Assembly: GCA_015680685.1 (NCBI GenBank)
Contig: MNCI01001967.1
Span: 281,066-345,065 of the forward strand
DNA from: Gnetum montanum
Taxonomy: Eukaryota > Plantae > Gnetophyta
DNA: 64,000 bases
Direction: 5' to 3'
The position numbers and the translations under genes were made by a program. The notes under the pieces were generated by a model. That model did not search any database. It saw only the letters and a program-made list of their open reading frames with translations, and was not told the origin of the DNA. Each line of letters begins with the position of its first letter. Position 1 is the first letter of the stretch. This document shows, in pieces, positions 54,201 to 64,000 of the stretch.

Positions 54201-55060
54201 CGTGGTATCGGAAAGGTGTCATTTCCTTGAATTGTCTTAGGCTAGCTAGTCGTTGGATTTCAGGGGTCGAGTTTAACACTTTGTACGGGGAGTCGGCTGC
54301 AATGAAACATTGCCTTGTTCAGATTTACTCCTTCCTCCACAGTCACTGGCACCTGGATGTTACCGTGCCAAGCCTTTTCCATGGCCTGCAATGGCGTAAT
54401 GGGGTTAGACTCCTTCCCTATCGGCCATCTGTCCCCTTTCATCTCATGCATGACCCATCTGCAGTCGTTCAACGTTGCAATAGATATTGGCACAAACAAG
54501 CGTCAGAATCATTTTGGATCCCTCTCTTCCAACATATTTGGAAACTTCCGACCCTCCCCAAAATTAAGCAGTTCCTTTGGTGTCTTCTCCACCATGGTCT
54601 TCCTATCGGAAAACGTCTAGAATATCTTGGGATTCCTAATCCCACTTGCCCTCTATGTGGTGGACTAGATGACTTTGTCCATGTGTTTTGGCAATGTCCC
54701 TTTGCTCAACATGTGTGGCAGTGGACTTCTAAAGCTTTTCCATCCTACCAGTTATCTCAAGAGGCTGCCATATTCGGATTCTTGAACATTACTTCTACTA
54801 ACCTTAACTTTCTGTGGAAAGTTCTTAGACCTATTATTTTACATTATATTTGGAAGCGAAGATGCAATGTTCTATTTCAAAAGACCGAGTATTCTAACAA
54901 ATGTTTGCTTACCAGGTTGGAGATGTTGCAGATCTTTCGGCTCACCTATTTTCAACTCACATCTCAAGCATCCAAGTTCAATTTGGACAGTCATCAATTG
55001 GTTCATCTCCTGCAGCTCTGGGACAATCCTATGTGTCTTAATTACACTTCGCATCAGTAA
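51218..55060 (+). CDS. L1 ORF2 (APE endonuclease - reverse transcriptase - zf-RVT), 1280 aa, uninterrupted
   Basis: SWNVRGL, LQE, IYAPN, GGDFN, RLDRF, SDHLP; KAPGYDG, WRPITLLN, KLDYAKAYD, RQGCPLAPYLF, FADD; CPLC..DDFVHVFWQC, IWKRRC. Confidence 0.97.
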   Translation: MNLFSWNVRGLTDRLRRKRAGNFISSLNSTFDFILLQEIKISANLLSYSAHWFLPHSSILATSHACGKGGAAILLSPYWKTKILQSGSDSGHRVSWATFSSQHGPFGICSIYAPNDSTERALLWHELATSLPPMPWIFGGDFNMVEFPQDKLGGAFLQLPNLEYQAWSAFTKRFYLSDGADNSMSASPHRFTWSNLRLGQARIYSRLDRFHFSTLSFWQACSATTVHHHATLSDHLPISISIQLHGSPNRQQFHLFRLHNKCFSSPTAQLLLSNLWNAEPRPLNQTGWINWWHRASCRVRNFTRSYGKTVAAQAKLEYNKIHLTIEHLTIKLAHDPFNTLIHEELARARVAFQHWDVYHAESALTKSRLTWLNIQDEHCKEFFKYLNAASPSHAIDKISCEGTTITDHNSILSYLKNHYETLFAATPMDISSFKAATPDYPRLINPTMLQSLEADITLAELQEACSKLRRGKAPGYDGFPAEFFQNHWDLVGKDLMQVINEAIFTGSLGPNLNQGVIRLLPKSGDLTDISNWRPITLLNVVYKIWAKCLALRLKKILGQIISPQQTGFVPGRYILDNVVAAWEGLKWAEDDGQDILLVKLDYAKAYDNIKWDFILQTMTKLGFGPKFLHMVTCLFSDATARIATTFGITSPFPIHRSVRQGCPLAPYLFIIASDFLCHQINLDIKTKVLTGVSLSSSQQQLLNMHFADDSFFLVQNTATNLHRLLSRVEQYCTLSGSIINWNKSSVYSFKGNYNHVTHYKWKQLQDQDIVKILGIPFRFRGSTSILWEQVIHRIQKKLDKWKTKPLTLAGKYLICKSICASTHVYYSSCWAPSQAAYQKLERLFRDFMWSSKDSQKGFHRVAWTIVTLPKNKGGLGLLNSYKQGITLVAKWLVQHLDASNIIGTLLQLRLHQAFPKNKPFWQDIHFVNWIISPLTIILPGSHVFKSIWRAWQIVHTHIDWTTVKINPTILSKVCPWWLPLSPAPLAITNAKVATSWYRKGVISLNCLRLASRWISGVEFNTLYGESAAMKHCLVQIYSFLHSHWHLDVTVPSLFHGLQWRNGVRLLPYRPSVPFHLMHDPSAVVQRCNRYWHKQASESFWIPLFQHIWKLPTLPKIKQFLWCLLHHGLPIGKRLEYLGIPNPTCPLCGGLDDFVHVFWQCPFAQHVWQWTSKAFPSYQLSQEAAIFGFLNITSTNLNFLWKVLRPIILHYIWKRRCNVLFQKTEYSNKCLLTRLEMLQIFRLTYFQLTSQASKFNLDSHQLVHLLQLWDNPMCLNYTSHQ

Positions 55061-58007
55061 TCTCTGCAAGGAAGTTTTCCCTTCATTTTGTGGATTCACC
55101 ATTGGCATTCCCTAGCTCTTGGCTTCATCTACTTCTATGTCATTCTATTTTGTAAAATGCTAGTTTGTGCGAACATTTGGTTGTGTCCCAACTTGAGGTA
55201 CCTCCTCTTATACTAGTTGTTTTTTTAAGGTGTCCCAACTTGAGGTACCTTAACCCTACGACTTCTTCAAGTTGTTGTAATTGATGCCCCTTTAATTTCA
55301 ATAAAATTTCTTTTCGGGGTCCGACACCCCCCAATATTAATAAAGATGAATTTATTTGGGGAGGAGTTGTAGCTCTCGTTAGCTCACATGCTTTGCACCT
55401 ACATGTATGAACACCCTAAACGCTAGCTTGCGATTGAATCTACCCTAGCTTGTGATTGAATCTACCCTGAATGCTAGCTAGGTTGAAACCATGTAATTTT
55501 TTTAAAAATTTGAATTTAATAACCTTGTAGATCTAGTGGAAGTTCGGCTCTGTAGTAAACTGGGCCATTGTTACCCCGTTAATCTCCAATGTAGCAATGC
55601 CCAACGTCTTGAGCCCAAAAAAACCGTTTTCGTTGGTTCCCTCTGCAAACATGATACTGTCGGTAGCTGTTGTATCTAATCTCTGCTTGGGGTGACGTAT
55701 TTGAGAAACATGGCACCGAGAAGTGAGTTGAGTTCTTGATTAATTGAATCGCAAGGGCATTTCGGTTGTATTAGCCTAAAGTTTCGTTTAATTGTTTAAC
55801 TGTTTTTTGGGTTTAGCTGCGACTGCAGCCTTTACAACCCATCCTAATTTAATTTAGGTTTTTATTTATTTATTTTTATGTGTTGATTCTTATTTAGATT
55901 TAATTAATCAAGAACTCACTAATTGAATTGGACTATGGTTTAGAGGAGCAAAATGCTTGTTTTTCAAGTTGGAAGATGTAGGTTAAAACTCTGCATCACT
56001 CTACCAAATCTCCCTGATCCACTTGGCCAGGTTAACATTGAGGTTACCATATCGTTTTAACAAAAGGGAAAAATATTTCAATTCTTTGATTTATTAAAAT
56101 CATCTGGCAGATCCTGAAAATACACACAAAAGTAAGTTTGAAATATAAAATAATGAATATCAGAGATTTATTCTTTCATAAAAAATAGTGGACATTACAG
56201 TTAGGTAGAAATCTAATCAACAGCGGGAAGAAAACTCGTCTAAAAATCTCAGACAATGAAATTTATTTAAACATGAACACAGTTGAGGACCATCCCACAG
56301 ATCTTGCTTCCATACACTGCTAAATATATAGTTCCCTCATTAGGACTGAATAACATGCCAATAGCAGTGACATCACTAGCCTCCTTATTTTTAAGGCATA
56401 CAAAATATATAGTCTTTAAACTTGCATTTGTTACGTGAGTCTTCAGATGCTGCATTTATGGTTTCAACTTCTTAGATTAAAAAGTTGCTTGGTTTTATGT
56501 GGGTTCATGCAGATGTATCATGGGATTCTTGTTGCACGGCCACTTATATTGGTTTCTGAATTCTTTTGGGATTTGATTTCCATATGTGTAATCTATAGTG
56601 ATTCAGGAATCGTTGGATTCAACATCTTCAGCAATTCAATAGCTAGTGATTCGAGCAACCAAACATGCCCTTAGATTTTGTCCTTGAAAAGGGTGCTTGG
56701 GGGTTAAGGATGTGAGGTTCAATTTGGGCATAAGGTTGTGAGAATTCTTAATGGGTGTTCAAGGAATTGGAAAGTTTACTTCCAATAAGATGTAACATGA
56801 TGGTATAGCTTTTCAGTGTATCCGGTACATTAGTTACACTGGAAAACTTTATTGTCAAAAATGATATGTTCCTTAAAACAATAGTTTGTAAGAAAGACTG
56901 CTCCTCTTTTTCTCTTCTAGAGTTTTATAGAAATTATCAATTGCTATGTTGACTTGTCATTTGTTGCTGCATTGTAGAGGATATGGATCAAAGATTGCTC
57001 CTTTTGTTTTCAAGGTGGGTAAGCATTGTTGCTTATTAGATGTAACATGCTAAACTCAAACTATTTGGTAGAATGTCCAAATTTGATTTTGAAAGGTTAT
57101 GTAAGGAGCATGACTATTTTCTTGATATGACAAGTAATAGAGAAATTTGGAAAACATATAGAAAACATATATATGATCATCATTGACTTGGAAAAATCAT
57201 ATGATAGAGTACCAAGAAGTATTATTTGGTAGCCCTTACACAAGTATGAAGGAGTTACTACAAAAATTACAACAACTTGTGAAATAACCTTTGACTTTCC
57301 AATCATAGTATCTACATCAAGGGTCTATGATTAGCTTATACGTATTTGCTATTGTTATGGTTGAATTGGCAAAGAAAAAACATAATGAAATCTATTGGTT
57401 TATGCTATTTGTAGATGACATTATGTTGGTGGATACAATTTAGATACTTGGAGTGTTTGGTTCAAGTGGATGGTGAGATTAACAATGATGTTACAAGCAA
57501 AATTAAAGTAGGATGGAAGAAATGATGAGAAGCTAGTGATGTGCTTTGTGATAGAAGAATCCTTGCTAGGTTGAAGGTTTAGTCTTAACAAATTGCTATT
57601 AGATCTGGAATTCTTTATGGTGTAGAATGTTGCCCTATTAAAAAACATCAGACATAGCATGTGCATATGATAAAGATGCATATGTTGAGGTGGATGTTGA
57701 TGTGATAGGAAAGATTGAATTAACAACTCTTTTATTAGGGATAATTTGGGAGTAGCTTCCATAAATGAGAAGATTAAAGAAAGCCCTCTTAGATGGATTG
57801 GTCATGTGTTAAGAAGACTAGAGAATGCTCCTATTAAAACATGTTGCTTCATTAAAGATGAAGGCAACTAACAAAGAGGTAGATTAAAACATACTTGGTT
57901 TGCTTGCATAAAGAAAGCTATCCAAGATTTGGGTATTAATGTTTATTTGGTTCTTAATAGAAGCGAAGGATGTAAAAGAACTCATATAACCAACCCCATG
58001 TAGTTGG

Positions 58008-58305
58008 TGATGAGACGCGATATGCACAAGTCGTGATATCGCGTACGCGATGTCGCAGCCGCCGCGATATTGCGTACGCGATGTTGCAATTGCCGTGATA
58101 TCGCATCCCCTGCGATATCGCGTACGCGATATCGTGGTCTGCCGCCAAATCTATAAATAAGAGGCGGCACTCCCCTCATTTCCCATCCTAGGCTAGAAGT
58201 AGCAAAGCTCTGGCGGATTGATCACCCCAGAGATAGAATATTTTCCATGTGCCTACAGTAGGAGTCCCCCAAGTGAACGGTTCTTTATTCGAGCAGCTTT
58301 GTACC
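58008..58305 (+). mobile_element. First ~300 bp of a third Athila-family LTR, inserted in the RTE tail and itself interrupted
   Basis: Starts TGATGAGACGCG directly after RTE ..TAGTTGG. Homologous over its whole length to the start of the minus-strand LTR (59291 to ~59017). TATAAATA at 58152-58159. Confidence 0.85.
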
Positions 58306-58639
58306 TGATGAGTGGCGAAGTGCCCCTACACTCAACCATACGAAACGAGTGTCGCACACGTGATCCGATCGAAATCCGCAGATGGACTAGTTGTGGCACC
58401 TGGATAGTTAGCCTTAGGTCACAGTTCGCTGTCTTCCCATCTAGACTAGTTTTGCATATGGTTTAGTCTAGATGAGGTGTATGATGTGTCCTAATTCTAC
58501 GCTACTCCTGATGGCGGTGGAAAATAATATTTAACTAAATCTAAGCTAAGAGGAAAAGGGTAAGAAAATCTAATCTAGCCTAAGTGCGATGAGCAACTGA
58601 TTCCTTGATCAACCGTACACATCTTGGACTTCGTGCACG

Positions 58640-58765
58640 ACTACCACTGGGACTACCAAGCGTAGGCCTAGGTATGCCACTGGGATTACCAAGCGCAGAT
58701 CTCAAATATGCCACTGGGTTACCAAGCGTAGATCCCCCTGGCTACACCACTGGGCTACCAAGTAG
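58640..58765. repeat. Four ~33-36-bp sub-repeats in the LTR
   Basis: Core CCACTGGG(A)YTACCAAG with short variable linkers. Three degenerate equivalents in the old LTR (~6176-6240). Confidence 0.85.
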
Positions 58766-59462
58766 TCACACTTAAATGCTCGTAATCAAGTCGTACTCGT
58801 TCTGCTTCTAGGAGTTTAAGGGTGAGAAACTACTCGCGATGAGTAACCGATTCCTTAACTAGCCGTACACACCCGTAGATGCTCGTAGTTAAGTCATACT
58901 CACACCGCGCTATGAAAGCAATAAATAACATTAAATAAATAACAAATAAATAAACTAAGTGAATGCTGCAATGATGAAGTAATCTCGATCTTTATTGCCG
59001 GTCATGTGCATGTCCAAGTACGACACACTCGAATAAAGACACCGTACAATTACATTCACCACATTGCGGGCAGACACGGGAAAAATTCTAACTTTGGAGG
59101 GATCAAACTGCTAGAGCTTTCCTACTCTAAAACTGGGATCCCCAAACAAGGGAGAGCTGCCTCTTATTTATAGACATGGCGGCTGACTGTGATATCGCGT
59201 ATGCGATATCGTAGGGAAGGATGCTTTATCACGTGGGATGCAATATCGCGTCGGCTGCGATATTGCGGCCGACGTAAACCGCGTCTCATCATACCCCCAC
59301 GACTGAATAAAAACTCGTCCTCGAGTTACAAGGAGAACAAGCTTCAGTGATTACACAGTGGATAGGTATGGGATTATTAACTGGAAAAAGAAATGGACTA
59401 ATGCCGTAGTGTGGGAAGACACAACACAGAGAAAAAATGCTACAACTACAAAAATGTGGAAC

Positions 59463-62180
59463 TCATGTAGTTCCTAGTGGCGATGGCTCCTCCATGGGTG
59501 CTTTTCCTTTGTCACGTGCTCCAAGCTTTGAAGATTGATGACGCTGAAGAATAGTCTGGAGCTTCTCCTCTTCGGTCTGAGGGTCTTGTGCCGTCCATGC
59601 TGATGCTCCGATGTTTGATGGAGTCGGCACTTCCCACGGACAGGGTAGTTGCAGGAACATCTGATTAGCTTTGACGTACCACGCCGCGAACACCCGTCGT
59701 TCCTCTTCGTAGGCTCGGGCTTTGTATTTGTATTCATGAAGTTCTATTAGCTGTCGAGCCAAGTCGGTTGCCACATCTTTCTGTCCTTGGTAGCTTTCTT
59801 TTACCACCGCGAGTTCAGAATTTGCAACATCTAGTTTTTCAGCCAACTTCTTTCNNNNNNNNNNNNNNNNNNNNNNNNNNNNNNNNNNNNNNNNNNNNNN
59901 NNNNNNNNNNNNNNNNNNNNNNNNNNNNNNNNNNNNNNNNNNNNNNNNNNNNNNNNNNNNNNNNNNNNNNNNNNNNNNNNNNNNNNNNNNNNNNNNNNNN
60001 NNNNNNNNNNNNNNNNNNNNNNNNNNNNNNNNNNNNNNNTGGATCTCCTTCTCCAGGATCTGTTTATACATCCCCACCTGATCACAGAAGTGCTCCTTCA
60101 GCTTCTCATGTCATTTAGCCTCATTCTGCCACGCACTAATCTCGATGGCTGACTTCTGTCGAATAGCGCGTACCTCCTCCAATGAGAGGGTCTGATTTTC
60201 TCTGGCTAAACGGCTTACATCTTGGTTGACTCGGATGAATTGTTCTCGCAGTCGATGAAAGTGCTCATCGAGAACATTCTTTTGCTTCTCCACAGAAGTC
60301 AACCGAAGGTTATCTGCAACCAACTGCTTATTCTCTTCTTGCAAGGCCTTGAGTGCCTTAAGATGCGCATGAGTTTGCACCTTTGCTGCGGAGGCATCCC
60401 AAGTGGCCGTCTCCTTTTCTTCTGCCACCTTCTTATTTTCTGCAATTAATTTGGTTAGCTACTCGATTTTAAAATTGTTTAACTGGTCTGCGGGAACCAA
60501 TTGCAAGGGATCCCGCTGTGTTGCTTGTAAGGCGATGAGCTGCTCTTGTAATTTCTGCACTTCAGCCTTAGCATTCTCAGCCCTTACTTCGGATATGACC
60601 AGTTTCCCCTTTGTCAAAGTGAGGTCTGACTGTATTACGGTTACATCCTGAGGGATGTCAAACAGGGACGTTAAAACTTGTCCTGTTTGAAGCAATCTGT
60701 CCAATACATCCTCATGTTCAGCAGGCGTCATTGAGGTTCCGGCAATGGTTTGAGCATCCCGTGCTCCTGAAAGATCTGCCGGTGGCACAACAGGTACATT
60801 AAAAGACTCTTTGATGTGGTCAGCGACCACCTCAGCTGCTCCCGCGGCATCCTGGTGTTGCATGACCACCACAGTGGCCCCTTCACCAGTCTCTAATTGA
60901 ACTTGAAAAGATGCCGCGTTTCCAGAGATCTATTGTGACCATCTGCTTTCCCCTCCTCCTGTCTGCAGTGACAACTCACCCCTTGTGCGATCCACTGAAA
61001 TTGTAGGCTGGCTGGCATCATCGATGACATGGAAAAGATTGGCGTCATCACGACTTCCCCAACTGATCGTCTCAGCAATGACCCTCAAATGGCTCATTGA
61101 CGATCTATAGTCTTGCGGTGGCAGCTGATCCTGGCCTGTACTGGGTCTTGCTTCTTGTTGTTGGCTGGGACCTGTGGCTAGAGGTTGACTGGGTTCTGCA
61201 AGTTGAGTTGCAGGAGGTCCAGTCATTTGTTCTTCATCTTCTTCATCTGGTCCCAACTCTTCGCCAGTGCTCTTTCTTGGAGCTGGCGCCTTTAGCAATT
61301 CAGCGTAAGAAGCATTTTGGGCTTTTCGAAGGACATCATTTGTATATCCCCAAATCCCAGCCCGACGGCACAGTTTTTTGATAAGACAAGGAAATGGGAG
61401 TGCCATTTTTTCTGTCTTCCGTTCCTCGAATCGCCTTAGGATCTCCGTTAAATATAGATGAGGAAGGTTAGCGTTAACCTTTCCCATCAACACTGCACAT
61501 CCTCTTGCCCCGTACGTTGATATTCTTTTTAAACCTTTTGTGGGGAAGAGGTGATAGGTTCCAATTTTGAAATAAACTCGCTCTTTCATGGTCAGCTCAC
61601 CAAAAGCTTTATCTCTGCCATAAGCCTTCTCTAGCCAATCTTTTCGCACATCAGGGTCAGATCGGGTGGATAACCGAGCAACATGGGGGCCTGAATTCGG
61701 AAGGTTTAACACTTCCGAAATCGCCTGTGCATAAAAATCCACTGTCACACTACCAATGTTTACCGTGGTGCCTTGCTCCTTATTGTGCCAAAATAGGTAC
61801 GTTTCGCCTAAGTACCAAGCACCTTGTTCAGAGAGGACAGGCCATAAGGGAGATCCTTTGAGGTGATCCCTAACAGCCTCAGGAGCAAACTCTGCAAAAG
61901 ATTCGAAGTTGAGTTCCACAATCACCGAAGCGATTATGGACTTCGTGTGGATAGCCTGAACACATTCCGGGGGCAACGTGAGTTGTTGTCCCAGTTCAGG
62001 CGCAGCAGCTCCTCCTTCTGCCTGCCCGGATCGTCTGGTAGGAGGTTCATCTTGATGGATGCTGAATGAATGCACCTCCTGTTCATTATGTTGTCCGGCA
62101 GGGACTTGCCTTCGACCTCTCCTAGGTTGTTTTGCTCCACCTTGGGTCGGACTCTTCTGCTGGGAGCGTTTTGGGGCCAT
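59463..62180 (-). pseudogene. Env-like/extra ORF, one ~905-930-codon frame broken by three in-frame stops and an N gap
   Basis: ORFs 60930-62186, 60459-60872 and 60111-60428 and the start of 59463-60077 are in one frame (TAG 60932-30, TAG 60461-59, TGA 60113-11). Motifs VDFYAQAISEVLNLP and LPFPCLIKKLCRRAGI resemble Athila/Calypso env-like proteins. Confidence 0.85.
59855..60039. other. Assembly gap (185 N)
   Basis: Run of N. The old paralog has ~253 nt (4851-5103) at the equivalent place. Confidence 0.99.
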
Positions 62181-62646
62181 CTGCAATCACACGGGCCAAT
62201 ATTAGTAAGGTTGTTTAGGAAATCAGGTTATACCTTACTACGCCTTAATTAAAGATCATTTATTATTGTGTGATCGTGCCTGAAAATTATAATGATGGGT
62301 CCTATGACTTAGGTGGATGTGCGTTTTAATATCCCGGTATACTTAAGGGCGTATGATTTTTGGCACAATTTTCGAGGTGTTAGTATTAATTACCCTAATT
62401 GATGTCCTTTGGGCGATGAAAAATTTTAAAAAATTTAGGCACTTTTCGGCAAGTGTCTCTCCCCCACGACTAAACTGAACACTCCGGGTTCAAGTAGGTT
62501 CAAACGGAATTCAAATCGGAGTACCAGCGCGTGAGATATAGTTGAAAAAGCAAGGGTCACTCAAGCGCAAGTCGTAGAGAAAGAATTCAAAAACTTCCCC
62601 CCCGCGTGAATGCCAAATGAAGCTAAGTGTTGTGGTGGGGGGTTCC

Positions 62647-62735
62647 TATTTATAGGAATAGGGGACGCGATATTGCATACGATACATCGCGTACGCAATA
62701 TCATGTGGGACGCGATATCGCGTACGTGATATCTC
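62647..62735 (-). promoter_or_regulatory. Putative internal promoter of the env-like ORF (GCGATATCGCG array + TATAAATA)
   Basis: Same motif array and TATA arrangement as in the LTR U3 (59285-59165 and 58016-58159). Degenerate equivalent at ~2140-2230 in the old copy. Confidence 0.6.
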
Positions 62736-64000
62736 AACCCAACTGCAATGAGACACCTTAAAGAAACCGAATTTTTAATGATTTTTCGTGAAATTAATAT
62801 GTAAAGTGAGGACATTGGCAAGGATTAATGGATTCAAGGGTAATTACATACATTCGAGAGGCACTTTAAATGATAAAGATGTGAATTTAACGATTAAAAC
62901 TTTGGCGGTTATGAAGAAAAGGGAATGTAATGGAATATTGGAACATTAAAGTTTAGAGGGTTAATAAATAGGAAAGAAAATTATGAAAATTAAGCTGAGG
63001 GTCAAAAAAAATGTGTGTTTAAGCGAGAGGATTAATGAAGATTACAACAAGATTACACAAGTGGGTCCTCCCCAAAGCAGGTTTCAACCTATTATGCCCT
63101 TGTGTAATCACCCCTAAAGTGTCTGTGGGCACTAGAAGGGTTAAATGTAATATGCACTAACTCCACAAAACACACGCATGTAAATATCACCGAAATGAGA
63201 TGAAAATTTTATGCTACATGGGACACGAGCTACAATTATACGAACAGTGAGATGAGACGAAGTATAGAAAGGGATCGTAGAGATTGGAACATGAGGAAAC
63301 TGACCAAGGGTACAATGAATCCTGCGTGAAAAGCATTGTTAACGTGTCATTAACCCATCATTCCAAGATCAGGACCAAGTCCATCCTTCTAAATAGTGAC
63401 ATCGCATTGTTTCATCCCATGATGAACAACTATGAGAGTACCATAACAACAAGGCGTACGATCACTTGGCGTTTAGTACAAGGGAGGAGTGGTTTTTGTT
63501 TTATGGCACTTCTTTTGTTCTTTTCTTCTTCTTGTTTTTTTTTTCACTTTACTGAATCCAGAGAAATCGCCAACCTTCAGGCATGGGTGCATGTCTTTCC
63601 AGTGGGACCCCCTAGAACAGCTTTTGAATGTTGAGTGCCCTTTTGATTACTCTTACTCCCATTTTTCATTAGATCTACAAGGATCTTAGTACAACCATAT
63701 TGCATGATAACTCCCACAACTGCTACCAAAGAGAATCCACAAGTCCCCTTGATGTCACACCCTAATCATTCCCTCTTGGTCCATCCTTCTTCATTCTAGG
63801 TACAATGAACACAAAATTAATTTTAAGTTTTTAGAAATTTCAAGAATATCACTGTACCCTCGAACAGAACCTCTTTATTGATGAGTGGATGTAGTGGGCT
63901 CACTGTTTCAAATAATTGATCACTCATGACTTAATAACATAAAACACATCTCAACCAACGATCCACATGAGTGTTTTATTCGTAGATGAGATTACTTACA

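Larger units (their letters stand above)
50357..55331 (+). mobile_element. Young L1-clade LINE, 5'-truncated in ORF1, intact ORF2, no poly(A)
   Basis: 15-bp TSD CAATATTAATAAAGA (50342-50356 / 55332-55346). Empty site visible at ~7049-7063. 3' end AATAAAATTTCTTTTCGGGGTCCGACACCCCC. Confidence 0.95.
49446..58007 (+). repeat. Segmental duplication copy B (interrupted by L1; right end cut by LTR insertion)
   Basis: Matches 6240-9727. Includes a partial Athila LTR (49446-~49773) and RTE remnants (~49774-50070, ~57105-58007). Confidence 0.95.
58306..64000 (-). mobile_element. Young Athila-like Ty3/gypsy element, 3' half (spacer, env-like ORF, PPT, 3' LTR)
   Basis: LTR 59291-58306 (TGATGAG..CTCATCA, 7-bp terminal IR). 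PPT-like AGTCGTGGGGGTA (59304-59292). Env-like ORF and spacer homologous to the old copy from ~900 onward. pol lies beyond the window. Confidence 0.9.

Noticed and set aside
58305-58355. Hammerhead-ribozyme-like CTGATGAG...CGAAAC (retrozyme?)
   Set aside because: The first C belongs to the flank and TGATGAG is the LTR terminal repeat. Stem II pairs poorly and no stem III/cleavage triplet can be formed.
58640-58765. CRISPR-like repeat/spacer pattern
   Set aside because: Only four imperfect repeats with very short related linkers inside a plant LTR, and no cas genes; ordinary LTR sub-repeats.
58008-59291. DIRS-like or TIR element with long inverted termini
   Set aside because: The LTR end is defined at 58306 by alignment to the old LTR, and the family encodes a DDE-type integrase; nested insertion explains the inversion.
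63284-63634. Antisense 116-aa ORF in the Athila spacer (TRRTITWRLVQGRS vs TRSTVTWRIVQGRS in the old copy)
   Set aside because: A 14-codon patch looks coding-like, but extending it needs several frameshifts and stops, and the start is TTG; nucleotide-level conservation is sufficient.

Overview
Land-plant nuclear DNA (AT-rich and transposon-dense; a seed-free plant such as a fern or lycophyte is suggested by RTEX-type LINEs but not proven). There is one recognisable host gene, a GC-rich two-exon SDR110C (ABA2/TS2-like) dehydrogenase at 42967-43968 on the minus strand. Most of the rest is retroelements: (1) two diverged Athila-like Ty3/gypsy 3' halves (old, 1-6581 +; young, 58306-64000 -), each carrying a ~900-codon env-like ORF; (2) two Ty1/copia elements with TSDs; (3) RTE and RTEX LINE remnants; (4) a young 5'-truncated L1 with an intact 1280-aa ORF2. 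There is also a degenerate SWIM/MULE-like transposase and a ~3.5 kb segmental duplication (6240-9727 / 49446-58007) that supplies the empty site for the L1. The most striking signal is that two different L1 insertions and two copies of a tRNA-derived SINE, all bounded by TSDs, have no poly(A). Three end in a stem-loop plus a short C-run and the fourth stops at CCAACAC. The SINE shares the tail (C)GGGKTCCRACAC(CCC) with the intact L1, and three of the four targets begin with C. This points to a C-tail-primed, 'stringent' L1/SINE partnership. Second, the Athila-like family repeats its LTR promoter module (GCGATATCGCG arrays + TATA) and its PPT in front of an env-like ORF that has a basic N-terminus and no visible membrane segment. 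All identities are by-eye estimates; no database searches were run.
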